IMG/VR virus record: IMGVR_UViG_3300036817_000176
Coordinates: 1-64,000 of that record
Reading direction: 5' to 3' (one strand)
Length of the DNA stretch: 64,000 nt
From: a virus
Below the pieces are notes generated by a model that saw only the letters and a program-made list of their open reading frames with translations, searched no databases and had not been told where the DNA came from. Positions 26,897-36,777 of the stretch are shown in pieces; position 1 is the stretch's first letter, and the number at the start of each line of letters is the position of its first letter. The translations under genes and the position numbers were made by a program.

Positions 26897-27192
26897 TGGG
26901 GCAGCTTTCCGTCGGGGTTAGGGGCCGTCACTGTAACAATCTTACTGCGGGATTCATCCCAGCGGGCGCGGATCCCGTCCACGCCAAAGGGTCCATCGCC
27001 GAACGGCGGCAGGCAACAGTTAACCGACTTCATATCTACACGGGCTTTCAGGCTCTCCAGCGTGTCCCGCACCAGCTCAACGTCGTAGAGGCACAAACGA
27101 TAATAGTTATGCTGGAAGCGCCAGCGATTGAGCTCCGCCATTTCTTTACCGGCGATCCACCACTTTAAACGTTCCTTCAGCCAGTCGATCAT
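26893..27192 (-). CDS. hypothetical phage protein
   Basis: GGAGG RBS; coupled ORF. Confidence 0.65.
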   Translation of the reverse strand: MIDWLKERLKWWIAGKEMAELNRWRFQHNYYRLCLYDVELVRDTLESLKARVDMKSVNCCLPPFGDGPFGVDGIRARWDESRSKIVTVTAPNPDGKLPQ

Positions 27193-28058
27193 ACCTTACC
27201 TCCTAACACCGTCTGCAGGTGGGTGGCCAGTTCGCCGCCGAGCCGCTGCTGCAGGTCAGGAGGCAGGGTGAATCCGGCAGCGCGCTGATGGCCACCGCCC
27301 CCAAACCAGCGCGCCATGATGCTGACATCCACATCGGGGCGATGGGTACGCAGGGAGTATTTACGCGAGCCGTCCGGCATATCGTTGTAGATGGCCACCA
27401 GCTCGGATTGCGGGTGCAGTGTGGCCAGATGGTTACCCAGCTCGGAATGTAGCACGGAGCTGTTCACCACAACCGCGCGCTTGCCAAACAGATCGACGCG
27501 GCGCGCTTTCTTCGCCAGGGACTTCAGCTGGATCTCCTGGCTGGCCAGTAGCGCCGATCCCATCGTCATTTCCCGCTCGCCAATGCCGTCGCGCAGCACC
27601 TCGGCCCAGCGTGCGAAGTCCAGCGGCAGGATGGCCACCCAGGCGTTAATCTCCTCGGAATTGGGGAGCTCCCACTTCCATAAATCCCGGTCGGCGACGT
27701 AAGCCAGCAGGTCCGGCAGCGGTTTATCCGGGTGGAAATAGGCCCACGCCAGCTCGCAACCGGCGCGGTTCATATCGAAAAGCGCATACGGCGCCCCTGC
27801 CAGTTCTTCCCGGGTGGTTTTGTGGTGGTCGATCACCTGCAGCATGAACCGGCTGGCCAGATACTCGCACGTTTCCCGCATGTAGCTGAAATCGAGGATG
27901 AACAGCTCGATGGTGCCGGTCGGTAACGGCGGGACCGGCTCACCGTAGCGAACCGGGATATAGTTGGCGTTATCACCGTACACCAGCCAGGCGGCAAGGG
28001 CGGACGCGAAGCCGTCGGCGTCATTGTGATACAGGACGGCGGTTTTCTTCAGGGACAT
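27189..28058 (-). CDS. DHH/DHHA1 phosphoesterase (NrnB-like)
   Basis: HNDADG, ILDF, IDHH, DRDLW, SLR and GGGH motifs. Confidence 0.9.
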   Translation of the reverse strand: MSLKKTAVLYHNDADGFASALAAWLVYGDNANYIPVRYGEPVPPLPTGTIELFILDFSYMRETCEYLASRFMLQVIDHHKTTREELAGAPYALFDMNRAGCELAWAYFHPDKPLPDLLAYVADRDLWKWELPNSEEINAWVAILPLDFARWAEVLRDGIGEREMTMGSALLASQEIQLKSLAKKARRVDLFGKRAVVVNSSVLHSELGNHLATLHPQSELVAIYNDMPDGSRKYSLRTHRPDVDVSIMARWFGGGGHQRAAGFTLPPDLQQRLGGELATHLQTVLGGKV

Positions 28059-28209
28059 TGGCTCTCCGGGTGTTTGAACAGGCGGCCATTAACGCATAAT
28101 GACAAAAGGCCTCTTGCTCCAGATTTACAGACGGGTATGCTTCACAATAACATCCTAAGACGCAGATCATAATCTCGTCGTGTAAATAACCCAGCCCCGA
28201 AAGGAAAAA

Positions 28210-28824
28210 ATGATGCAAGATTCAAACGAGCCAACAACCGTAGCCGAAACCGACCTGCAGCCACTGCCGGAAGCTCACCAGCCAATGGAAGAGGCAGACC
28301 CGGCGGAAGTCCTGCGCAGCGCGATGGCCAGCAACTACCTGCAGCACTGCCTGAACAGCGCCGTGGCGGACAAGACTCACGGTGGCGCCCCACTGGCGGT
28401 GGGCGTGGCGACTGCCGTATCCGGCCTGCTGCTGGCTATCTTCCGTATGAGCCCGGAGCACTTCGAAGAAACGCTCACTGCTGTTTCCCGCGGGATTGGT
28501 GAGATCAAGATTGATGAGACGCACCTGAGTGAGATGCTTATGGGTACATGGGCTGTCGGCCTGTCCCGCAACGGCCAGCTTAACGCTACGCTGGGCCGCC
28601 TGAAGGATATAGCCGACTATGACCGCAATCAGTTCATTGCCCAGCACATGGCCACCCTGGCTGCAGGTAGCCAGGCCCCGGACGCTGTGGAGCCAGAACT
28701 GGCACAACCGGCGCCGCCCGTGGAGGCAGGTAATGCGGATGAGAAACCGGCAGAACTCCCGCGGAAAGTACGTAGCCGCGCGGCGAAGAAACGTCCGGAT
28801 GGTGAGAGTAATAAGACGGCGTAA
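28210..28824 (+). CDS. hypothetical protein
   Basis: AAGGA RBS; upstream promoter and ACATCCTAA motif. Confidence 0.75.
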   Translation: MMQDSNEPTTVAETDLQPLPEAHQPMEEADPAEVLRSAMASNYLQHCLNSAVADKTHGGAPLAVGVATAVSGLLLAIFRMSPEHFEETLTAVSRGIGEIKIDETHLSEMLMGTWAVGLSRNGQLNATLGRLKDIADYDRNQFIAQHMATLAAGSQAPDAVEPELAQPAPPVEAGNADEKPAELPRKVRSRAAKKRPDGESNKTA

Positions 28825-28835
28825 ACGGCCGTAGA

Positions 28836-28913
28836 AACGAAAACCCCCGGCCGAGGCCAGGGGGTCGTAATTGAGCTGGTGTCCTGCTGAGCAGCAGGCC
28901 AACATCAAGAAGC
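28836..28913 (-). ncRNA. candidate sRNA/counter-transcript
   Basis: Promoter TTGTAT-17bp-TACGAT (28948-28920), one hairpin, then a GC hairpin with U-tract. Confidence 0.6.
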
Positions 28914-29094
28914 AAGGAAATCGTAGAGGATGACGCGTGCAAATACAATGCTTTTCGCGTGCTTCGTCCGGTTCGCGGCGCTTGCCACCAGCCATGCACG
29001 ACTACGGGGCGCCCTTCTCTGTACCCGGGCGCGGGATCGATGGCTGGTGCTATTGGCTATTTACACATCCTAACCTTATTGTGTAATACTGTTT

Positions 29095-29195
29095 GTGACG
29101 GCCCGAAATACGATAGGTGCCGTCACCTCTGTTGTCATTTCTCGACATTGTTCTGCTCATTTATCTTTTTAAGCGCCTTCGGGCGCTCTTTTTTT
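29095..29195 (+). ncRNA. candidate sRNA or attenuator
   Basis: 5' stem GTGACGGC/GCCGTCAC, U-rich linker, terminator AGCGCC-TTCG-GGCGCT-CTTTTTTT. Confidence 0.5.
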
Positions 29196-29207
29196 AAGGG
29201 GCTAACC

Positions 29208-29873
29208 TTGAGTCAATCAACACCTGCGCCCATTAACGTCCTGGCTGTCTCGCTGGCCACCCGGCAAGCTCCTGTCATGCTCACCGGCACGCTCACCACC
29301 AACGCCCTTCACGTTATCAGCCTGACGCCGCTCCCCCGCTCTATTGCACAAATTCGTGAGCGCATGGAGGCCATGGCGGCGCGCACCGAGTCGGGTGCAT
29401 TCGATGCCACGATCATGATAGAGGACCCGACCGGGCTGATGACCGGCATGGGTTACCGCGTGCGCCTCGATGACAAGACGGCAGACGATCGGCCGGTGCT
29501 CGCGCTGGCCATGGAGCGTTACCGCGCGCTGACGGCGATGGGCGGCCTGTATTACCCGGGCGACAACCCGAGCCAGTACCAGATCAGCGATGCCATCATG
29601 AATATCAAGATGGGCGACAACGGTAAGGCGGTCTATGAAATCGACTGGGCCCAGCTGAAGGATGCCTCCCGCGTCCTGTTGCTGCTGATTTACGGCGCAA
29701 TGTGCCAGGGTCCGATGCACGCCACCTATCTGGAGCGCCTGTTTTCCGGGCTCTCTCACGACGGTGACGATTCGGTTCGCCTGACCTCGTTTCGCGCCCT
29801 GACGGTCGATTATGACCGTGAGCAGGCGCTGTCCACGCCGCAGGTGGCCGGACTACGGGAGGGCTGGTTATGA
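29208..29873 (+). CDS. P1 Mat-like maturation protein
   Basis: TTG start with AAGGGG RBS; DRPVLALAMERYRAL, QYQI and VYEIDWAQLK resemble a recalled P1 protein. Confidence 0.55.
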   Translation: MSQSTPAPINVLAVSLATRQAPVMLTGTLTTNALHVISLTPLPRSIAQIRERMEAMAARTESGAFDATIMIEDPTGLMTGMGYRVRLDDKTADDRPVLALAMERYRALTAMGGLYYPGDNPSQYQISDAIMNIKMGDNGKAVYEIDWAQLKDASRVLLLLIYGAMCQGPMHATYLERLFSGLSHDGDDSVRLTSFRALTVDYDREQALSTPQVAGLREGWL

Positions 29874-30193
29874 CCGAACTCTCCCGTCTTTCCTCGCTCA
29901 ACATCGATGACGACATCCTGCGCTCCTACCTCTTCGCTTCCCTGCGCGCCTACGTGGCCGATGAATCCAACGCCGACGTGCTGGAGTACGAGATACGCCT
30001 GGATGAGGAGTACCGGCGCGACCTGTCCGCTTACCGGGTGTATGGCAACGCCGATCTGCGCTGGGTCTTCTCTGTCGTGGCCGACGTGGAGGATGAGGCC
30101 GACCCTATGCCGGTGGGCACCGTGCTGCGCCTGCCGACGGCGGCCTGGTTACGTGAGGAGATCCGCCACTTTGCTGAAGGTGGAGGTCTGTAA
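29870..30193 (+). CDS. baseplate protein gp26-like
   Basis: LSAYRVYGNADLRWV..PVGTVLRLP; synteny. Confidence 0.75.
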   Translation: MTELSRLSSLNIDDDILRSYLFASLRAYVADESNADVLEYEIRLDEEYRRDLSAYRVYGNADLRWVFSVVADVEDEADPMPVGTVLRLPTAAWLREEIRHFAEGGGL

Positions 30194-31431
30194 TGCCGGT
30201 AGCCTTTGAGCAGGACAGGAGCGGCCGCTATCTCACTGAGGGGCTGGGACACCGTGACTTCATGCGCGTGTTCCGGGCTATCTACCAGGAGAACAACACG
30301 AAGCGCCGCCGGGCGCAGCGCACGCTTACCCCGGGGATCCTGAGCCGTGGCCAGCGTAACAGCGTGCAGGACCTGGTGCGGCTCGGGCGCAAGAAAGACG
30401 GTACCGAGTTTACCCAGGAGGATCTGGCGCGTTTCGCCAGGATGCGCAAGAGCTTCAAAAAGCGGGCTGGTGGCCATACCGGCGTAACGTATCTTGAGGT
30501 GGCCGCCCGATCGGCAAAAACCCGCATTGACCGCGCCAGTAACCGTTCAAATGACCGGCGCGGGATCAGTAAGGCGGCGCTGGTGGCCCTGCGTGTCAAC
30601 GTCGCAACCATCCGCGTTAAGGCCTCCGCCGCGTCGGTTCACCAGGAGCACCGCGTCAGGCTGCGTCTCGAGGAGTGGGACGACTGCATGGCCGAGGCCG
30701 AGGGCACGCCGCGTAGCTACGAGCTGGCCGCCAAACGGGCGTGCGCGGGCCGGATGTCGATCGCCTGTGATTGTGGCGATCACCAGTACCGCTACCGCTA
30801 CATGGCCACGCTGGGCAACTACTGTCTGGCGCCACCCAAAGAGCTCGCTTTCCCGAAGGTCACCAACCCCGAACTGACCGGTCTGGCGTGTAAGCACGTC
30901 ATTAAGGCCATGACCATGATGCAGTCCCCGGTCTGGCAAAAGTCACTCGGGCGCCAGATGGCCGACCAGGCACGCCGCAGCGGCTACGGTGACGACAAGC
31001 GCACCGAGAAGGTATTCACCGGCGAGGAAGAAAAGGCCCTCGCCCGCAACAAAACCACCAGCGTCGATAGCGACAAGATTAAGGCCGCCTGGGAGGACTA
31101 TCAGGCCCGTCAGGAGGCCGCCCGCGGCAAGCTCAAGTCCAGCCGCGCCAAAATCGAAGAGCTGCGCACGCAGGCCACTAAGGCCCGTCGCGTGATCACC
31201 AAAGCCCGCACCGGCGCCCGCAAAGCCCGGGAAGAGGCCCGCAAGCTAACCGCAGAGAATGACGCCCTGAAGAAACAGGCCGCCCAGCTGCTGCGCGACC
31301 GGCTGAAGATCCAGTTTGAGGCCTTCTCGGATGCGTTCACCCTGGCTGGCCTGCCGAAAGGTAAGGCGCTTGAGGCCTTTGCCAAGCAACAGAAGATGCC
31401 GCTCGACAAGCTCAAGGAGGCACTGAAATGA
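30193..31431 (+). CDS. gp25-like tail protein with SWIM Zn finger
   Basis: CDC..HQYRYRY..CKH motif; synteny. Confidence 0.75.
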   Translation: MPVAFEQDRSGRYLTEGLGHRDFMRVFRAIYQENNTKRRRAQRTLTPGILSRGQRNSVQDLVRLGRKKDGTEFTQEDLARFARMRKSFKKRAGGHTGVTYLEVAARSAKTRIDRASNRSNDRRGISKAALVALRVNVATIRVKASAASVHQEHRVRLRLEEWDDCMAEAEGTPRSYELAAKRACAGRMSIACDCGDHQYRYRYMATLGNYCLAPPKELAFPKVTNPELTGLACKHVIKAMTMMQSPVWQKSLGRQMADQARRSGYGDDKRTEKVFTGEEEKALARNKTTSVDSDKIKAAWEDYQARQEAARGKLKSSRAKIEELRTQATKARRVITKARTGARKAREEARKLTAENDALKKQAAQLLRDRLKIQFEAFSDAFTLAGLPKGKALEAFAKQQKMPLDKLKEALK

Positions 31432-31964
31432 GCACACCTACCCTGAACCGCGCCCGTAACCGGGGGCATAGTCCGCTCAATGACCTGATGCGTGATGACT
31501 GGCGACGGCTGGTGGAGAACCACCCCGACGGCTTCGACGTGCTGATCTACGTTCCTGGCGTGGCCACCGTGGCCGCCGAGGGCGATGAAGAGGCGTTGTT
31601 CGGTTCGCTGGACCGCCACCAGCAGGCGGTGACCTATCAGGACCCTGTGGTGATCTCCGCGCTGGCTGCAGCGCAGGATGACCCGCTTTTTTCGTCCATG
31701 TGGGATGACCCTGAATCACTCGGTACCGGTGACGCGGATACGCTGAGGCTGCTGCTGTCGGTCGGCGTGGCCCCGCTGGGGTCAATTGTTGAGTTTGAAG
31801 AGGAGATCGCCAGCGGCCAGAACCGGCGCGTCTGGTGGTACGTCCATCATGTTGAGGCGGTCGGTACCGCGGCCATCGGCGCACTGCATACCTGTATCCC
31901 GTGCGGGGATCTGGAGCAGGCACGCGCTACCGCCACGCAGGTATTAACAGGAGAGACTGAATGA
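31428..31964 (+). CDS. gp7-like tail/neck protein
   Basis: Synteny; VWWYVH motif. Confidence 0.65.
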   Translation: MSTPTLNRARNRGHSPLNDLMRDDWRRLVENHPDGFDVLIYVPGVATVAAEGDEEALFGSLDRHQQAVTYQDPVVISALAAAQDDPLFSSMWDDPESLGTGDADTLRLLLSVGVAPLGSIVEFEEEIASGQNRRVWWYVHHVEAVGTAAIGALHTCIPCGDLEQARATATQVLTGETE

Positions 31965-32269
31965 CGAAGCCACGCAAGATCTACATCGCCGGGCCTATGA
32001 CCGGCATCGAGGACTACAACCGTGCCGCGTTCGATGGCTACGAAATTGAGCTGGTAGCCCAGGGGCTGGGACATATCGTCCTGAACCCGGCCGTTCATCC
32101 GGACGGGCTCGAGCACCACGAATACATGCAGCTGTGCCGTCCTATGGTGGAGGTGGCTGATGAAATTCACCTGCTGCCGGGCTGGGAGCGCAGCAAGGGC
32201 GCCATGATGGAATACGGCTGGGCGCTGGCCGGGGGCAAATCCATTCACTACGTGGGAGAGAACCTGTGA
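31961..32269 (+). CDS. DUF4406 (NDT-like fold) protein
   Basis: IYIAGPMTG..YNR.AF..LNPA..LPGWERSKGAMME. Confidence 0.9.
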   Translation: MTKPRKIYIAGPMTGIEDYNRAAFDGYEIELVAQGLGHIVLNPAVHPDGLEHHEYMQLCRPMVEVADEIHLLPGWERSKGAMMEYGWALAGGKSIHYVGENL

Positions 32270-33036
32270 GCGGGGATTCACCAATACTGAGCTGGTCCGA
32301 GGTCATTCGGACCACCATCGAGGAGCGTGAAGTCAGTTCGCTCGATGGCGTTGATCGTGGCTTCGGTAACATGCTGGTGGCGGCCCTGCGTGGGCTGACT
32401 GTCTCGCGTCCCGGCTCGGCCTTTGACGATGTACGGGCGTTTCTGGCCAGACCGCCTGCAGAGCAGATCATTAAATCCCCTTACAGCGACCCGCGCACGT
32501 TCATGAAGGCATTGCGGGCGGCCGGTCGGGGGCGTGCGAGTGAAACGAAGCTCGGGGAGATCGTCAACAAGAGCGCGCTGCCAATCATCATGTTTCAGCG
32601 TGACCTCGCGCATTCGGTGTACGAGGGCGATCGCTACGCGCCGGTGCGGGACTGGGACCAGCTGGGCTTTAACGACGGCTCATCGGCCACGATTAACCAG
32701 TATCACCTGGCCACCAGCTACCGGCTGGCCATTCTGGCATGGGATCTGGAGTCGCTGGACGTGCTGTCTACTGCGCTGGGGTCATGGTTCCGTATCCATG
32801 CGCGCCGGTTCGGCTTCAACGTCCACCTGTACAACACCCCTATCGGCGCCTTTGCGGACGTGGTGACCAAAACGGTCCTCTGGGAGGACGTAAGCCCGGG
32901 TGCGGAGACGGACCGCCTGATGGGGCTGGCCTGTACCATTGAAGTGATTGCCGAGGCGTATGAGGCGCAGGGCACCACGGAAATGACGGCCAACTATGTC
33001 CTGATGGAGCCTCAAGCGCTGTACGGGGGTGAGTAA
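32266..33036 (+). CDS. gp24-like tail completion protein
   Basis: Synteny and size. Confidence 0.6.
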   Translation: MSGDSPILSWSEVIRTTIEEREVSSLDGVDRGFGNMLVAALRGLTVSRPGSAFDDVRAFLARPPAEQIIKSPYSDPRTFMKALRAAGRGRASETKLGEIVNKSALPIIMFQRDLAHSVYEGDRYAPVRDWDQLGFNDGSSATINQYHLATSYRLAILAWDLESLDVLSTALGSWFRIHARRFGFNVHLYNTPIGAFADVVTKTVLWEDVSPGAETDRLMGLACTIEVIAEAYEAQGTTEMTANYVLMEPQALYGGE

Positions 33037-34025
33037 TGGCCGGACGTAAGCCACAACAACGCTTTTTCCAGCAGCTGATGATTAACGGCAAGGAAGCGCC
33101 CATTTTCAGCATTGTGAGCGGGACCTACATCGAGGCGATGTCCCTCGACGGGCCCCAGCTGATCCTGAACATCAACGATCTGGACGGCAACCTGCGCGAC
33201 ACCATGGGGCTGGTGAGCGGGGCGAAGCTCGAGCTCATCATGGGCGACGTGAGCGGGCGCGGGGAGGCGTACTTCCGCACCGCGTTTAAGGTGGTATCCA
33301 TCAAGCCTGACGGGCGCCGGTTGCGGGTGGAAGCGATCGAGGCCACGGTCTACCAGCACAAACACCCCGCACCTGCAGGAACGTTCTTTATCGACCGGCG
33401 TGTGAAAGAGGTGCTGATGACCCTGTTCCAGGGCTACACCATCAACACCACGTTCACCAGCAAGGTGAACTATCACATCAACATGGGCGGTTCGGCGATC
33501 GCCATGCTCGAGAAGATGGCACGCGACCTGGGAGCGGCTATCTGGGTGGCGCGTAATACCGTCTACTGCCTGCCGCGGGATCAGCTCGGTACCCGGGAGA
33601 AAGATTTTCCGGTGCTGGAGTATCAGGCGCAGAAGAGCCAGCACCCCATTCAGGCCTTCAAGCCACTGTATAACAACCCGGCGGCCGCGCGTTCCGTCCA
33701 GCGTAATTACATGTCATGGGATACGGTCGGCGGGCTGATGGCCAGCCCGGTTAACCCGACAGCCCCGCGCCAGTTCGTGGCGGGTGCCACGCTCGATGAG
33801 CTGGACAAAATGGGCGCCTGCACCGTACCGGCAATGACGTGCGATATGCCCGGCAACGGCTCCTATACGGCCGGGATGACGGTCGGGGTGCGCTTACACC
33901 GTCTGAACCGGGAGGCAGTGCTGGACGAATCTCTGCCGCCTAAGCAGGTGATCATGACCGTGAGCCATATCGACGAAAACAGCGAGTACCGCTGCAAACT
34001 GACAACAGGAGCGTACCAGCTATGA
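33036..34025 (+). CDS. gp6-like baseplate hub
   Basis: Synteny before the spike gene; YIEAMSLDGPQL. Confidence 0.7.
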   Translation: MAGRKPQQRFFQQLMINGKEAPIFSIVSGTYIEAMSLDGPQLILNINDLDGNLRDTMGLVSGAKLELIMGDVSGRGEAYFRTAFKVVSIKPDGRRLRVEAIEATVYQHKHPAPAGTFFIDRRVKEVLMTLFQGYTINTTFTSKVNYHINMGGSAIAMLEKMARDLGAAIWVARNTVYCLPRDQLGTREKDFPVLEYQAQKSQHPIQAFKPLYNNPAAARSVQRNYMSWDTVGGLMASPVNPTAPRQFVAGATLDELDKMGACTVPAMTCDMPGNGSYTAGMTVGVRLHRLNREAVLDESLPPKQVIMTVSHIDENSEYRCKLTTGAYQL

Positions 34026-34699
34026 GCATGGACAAGACAATGCTGGGATCGTGGCGGGCGAAGGTGGTGAGCGTGGAGCACCCGCAGAAGCTCTACAAGG
34101 CGCAGATCCAGGTGCTGGGCCTGTGGGAGGAACTGGGGCCGGGCGAGCTGCCGTGGGCGGAGTACCGTTTCCCGCTGGGTACCCGGCCCAACAGTGGCGG
34201 CACCATCCCCTGCGAGGTGGGCGATCTGGTGTGGGTCGAGTTCGACCAGGGGGATAGCCGCTGCCCTATCATCACCGGCGCGTGCCATTACGCCCCGGGC
34301 GGCGTGCTGAACCTGCCGCACGAGGCGTTTGGCGGTCCCGAGGCCTACCAGCACAAGCGCACCGACGATGAGCCAAAACCGGAAGCGGCGGCCTACCATG
34401 CTAACCTTGCGTTCACCCTGCACAACATCCTCATCGAACTGACGAAGGAAAGCGCGCTGCGCTTCACCCACAAGCCCACCGGCTCGGCCGTCGAACTGAC
34501 CAGAGAGGGGGATATATTGCTCCACGGCGAGAAGAACATAACCCAGACGGCCGCGGAGAAATGGAAAGTTTTCGTCGTGGGCAATATCGAGCTGCAGACG
34601 AAGGGGGATTACACCGTGAAAGCCGACGGCAAGATGTCGTTTGAGGCGCGCGGGGCTATCTCATTCAAGGGTGCAAGTGCTGACTGGACACTGGGCTGA
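34022..34699 (+). CDS. gp5/gpV-like baseplate spike
   Basis: OB fold LPWAEY..GDLVWVEFDQGDSRCP plus beta-repeat C-terminus. Confidence 0.85.
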   Translation: MSMDKTMLGSWRAKVVSVEHPQKLYKAQIQVLGLWEELGPGELPWAEYRFPLGTRPNSGGTIPCEVGDLVWVEFDQGDSRCPIITGACHYAPGGVLNLPHEAFGGPEAYQHKRTDDEPKPEAAAYHANLAFTLHNILIELTKESALRFTHKPTGSAVELTREGDILLHGEKNITQTAAEKWKVFVVGNIELQTKGDYTVKADGKMSFEARGAISFKGASADWTLG

Positions 34700-34983
34700 T
34701 GGCAGAAATCGCGTTAGAAGGATCGATGTGTTCCGGACACGACGGCTACCCGCCGCGGCCCTCGGTGGAGGGTGCGCCCCTGTTCACGGTTAACGGCGTG
34801 CCGGTTCACTGTGATGGGATGGTCTGGGCCATGCACGCCAAGCCTAATCACCCGCCGCATAGCGGGGTGGGCATTGGCTCAAAGAATTTCACCATCAACG
34901 GCGCTAAGGTCTGCGTCGTCGGTGATTCTGTGTCCTGTGGGTCGGTGATCATCACCGGCGACGGGACTTTTCAAATCCTGTAG
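34699..34983 (+). CDS. PAAR-like spike tip protein
   Basis: GHDGYPPRP..VNG..H..ING..GDSVSCGS. Confidence 0.9.
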   Translation: MAEIALEGSMCSGHDGYPPRPSVEGAPLFTVNGVPVHCDGMVWAMHAKPNHPPHSGVGIGSKNFTINGAKVCVVGDSVSCGSVIITGDGTFQIL

Positions 34984-34993
34984 GGGAAAAAAA

Positions 34994-35383
34994 ATGGGCT
35001 TACTGTCTAGTTTAGGTTTTGGTAAGGCGGCCACCAATGCCGCAGAGGGGGTGATCTCCGCCATTGGCGAAGCGGGCGACCGGCTTTTCACGTCGGATGC
35101 TGAGCGCGCGCAGTGGGCGGTTATCATGAAGAAGGTGGAGCAGGAGCCGCAGATCATGCAGGCGATGATTACGGCCATGAATACCGCTAACGGGAGCTGG
35201 TTCGTTGCCTCGGCGCGTTCCGCCGTGCTGTATCTCATGGGGCTGTCTGTGTTCTACGGGGTGGTGATCCGCGATCTGGTGGTGCTGGCGCTGGGCATCA
35301 AGCCTGAAGACATTCCGCCGATGCCGGTTGAATCTGGCGTGTTACTGCGCTATATCGGTTCACTGCTGGGTATTAACGGCTAA
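34994..35383 (+). CDS. 3TM holin-like protein
   Basis: DRLFTSDAER and SWFVASAR motifs; hydrophobic segments. Confidence 0.7.
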   Translation: MGLLSSLGFGKAATNAAEGVISAIGEAGDRLFTSDAERAQWAVIMKKVEQEPQIMQAMITAMNTANGSWFVASARSAVLYLMGLSVFYGVVIRDLVVLALGIKPEDIPPMPVESGVLLRYIGSLLGING

Positions 35384-35426
35384 CCAACCCCTTCCCCGTT
35401 TCCGGCCGCCCAATCCGGAGACAAAG

Positions 35427-35789
35427 ATGAGCTTTAATTTTGAACAAGTCGCGCGTATCGCCTATCTGGCCATTAAGGCCCTGGCTGAAGCAAGTGGCGA
35501 CCTGAACACACCCGACTGGGACGATGCCCCAGAGAAAGATCGCCTCCGTGCAATCAACGGCGTCACCATGTACGTGGCCAACCCGCATAGCGGCCCGGAA
35601 GCGACCCACAATCGCTGGATGGCAGAGAAGAAGGCCGACGGCTGGACGCACGGCCCGGAGAAGCGCGAGGTACTGAAAGAGCACCCGCTGCTGGTCCCGT
35701 TTGAGAAGCTGGAGCCCCACCAGCAGATGAAAAACATTATGTTCTGCGACATCGTGGCAAGCCTGCGCCACCTCATCAAAACGTTCTGA
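35427..35789 (+). CDS. RyR-domain protein
   Basis: HNRWMAEKKADGWTHG..KEHPLLVPFEKL. Confidence 0.85.
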   Translation: MSFNFEQVARIAYLAIKALAEASGDLNTPDWDDAPEKDRLRAINGVTMYVANPHSGPEATHNRWMAEKKADGWTHGPEKREVLKEHPLLVPFEKLEPHQQMKNIMFCDIVASLRHLIKTF

Positions 35790-35801
35790 GGAGGGTAAGC
35801 C

Positions 35802-36587
35802 ATGCTCGATGACGAGAAGACGCAAGCCATCTACCGCGCCCTGAATAACAGCGCCGGACTGTCGTCACCCGCGGCGGCCAAGGTCACGGACACCCTCGAT
35901 AAGGGCGTGGCCATCAAGAACCGGTTCGAGGCCCTGAAGACCCTGCCGCCAGATGCCGTGGCGACACTGCCGGGTGAGGTCGGTATCAAGATCCCACCGG
36001 AGATCCGCGCTGCAGCAGAGAAATTCGGTGACTACCACGACAAGGTGAAGAGCGCCAACGATGCGCTGTCATTGCTCGGCGGGGCCATTGATAAGCGCAT
36101 GGATGACGTGACAAGTAATTTTGCCGTGCTCGGCGTGGCGGCGGGCGTGGCCCAGAAGATGGGCGATGCAAGCGGCGGTTGTGGCCCTCTGGGGTCGGCC
36201 TTCTCGGTCCTGACCTCATCCGGGCGAACCGACATTCTGAAGGGGCTGCTGGAGTCTGCAGAAGGGCCGCTCGGCGAACTGGAAGACCTCGTGAACCGCT
36301 ACCGCGCCAGCATGAGCGGCGTGATAAGCGATGCTGACAAGGATCTGCTGGAGTCCCTGAACACCATGATGGATGCCATCAAGGACCAGATCGAGGCGGC
36401 GACTGCAGCGCTGCAGCTGCTGGTGGATGAGGCAGAAGAAATGTTTGACCACCTGAAGAACAAATTTAACGTGGCGGTGCAGTCCTCCATTCTGGGCTCC
36501 ATCATCCATAACCCGTGCCTGCGTGATATCGCTGATTCCGTGATGCCGGACAACGTTAAACAGGTAATTGACGGCTTCGGCCTCTGA
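35802..36587 (+). CDS. UpfB-like virion protein
   Basis: Near the PAAR gene as in P1; helical; C-terminal NPC motif. Confidence 0.5.
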   Translation: MLDDEKTQAIYRALNNSAGLSSPAAAKVTDTLDKGVAIKNRFEALKTLPPDAVATLPGEVGIKIPPEIRAAAEKFGDYHDKVKSANDALSLLGGAIDKRMDDVTSNFAVLGVAAGVAQKMGDASGGCGPLGSAFSVLTSSGRTDILKGLLESAEGPLGELEDLVNRYRASMSGVISDADKDLLESLNTMMDAIKDQIEAATAALQLLVDEAEEMFDHLKNKFNVAVQSSILGSIIHNPCLRDIADSVMPDNVKQVIDGFGL

Positions 36588-36777
36588 CCGGTTCCCCCAC
36601 TCATTCGTCCAATATAGGCGCATTGACACCCGAGAAAAGAAATCCGCTATGATCTGCGTGCTCTAACATCCTAACCCGATTTTAGAGCACCCCTTCCTTT
36701 GGTTGCCCAGCCAGGAAAACAGTAAGCGGCCCCCGCCGCCCGTTTTCTATCGACCATAAATCCAAGGGAATAAGCCC

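Noticed and set aside
28959-29207. N-terminal extension of the 28959-29873 ORF
   Set aside because: It spans a regulatory motif, hairpins and a terminator; TTG 29208 has a good RBS.
36684-36694. AGAGCACCCCT match to the TA repeat in the capsid leader
   Set aside because: It is only 11 nt and in the same sense as the sRNA, so it cannot be a target; likely chance.
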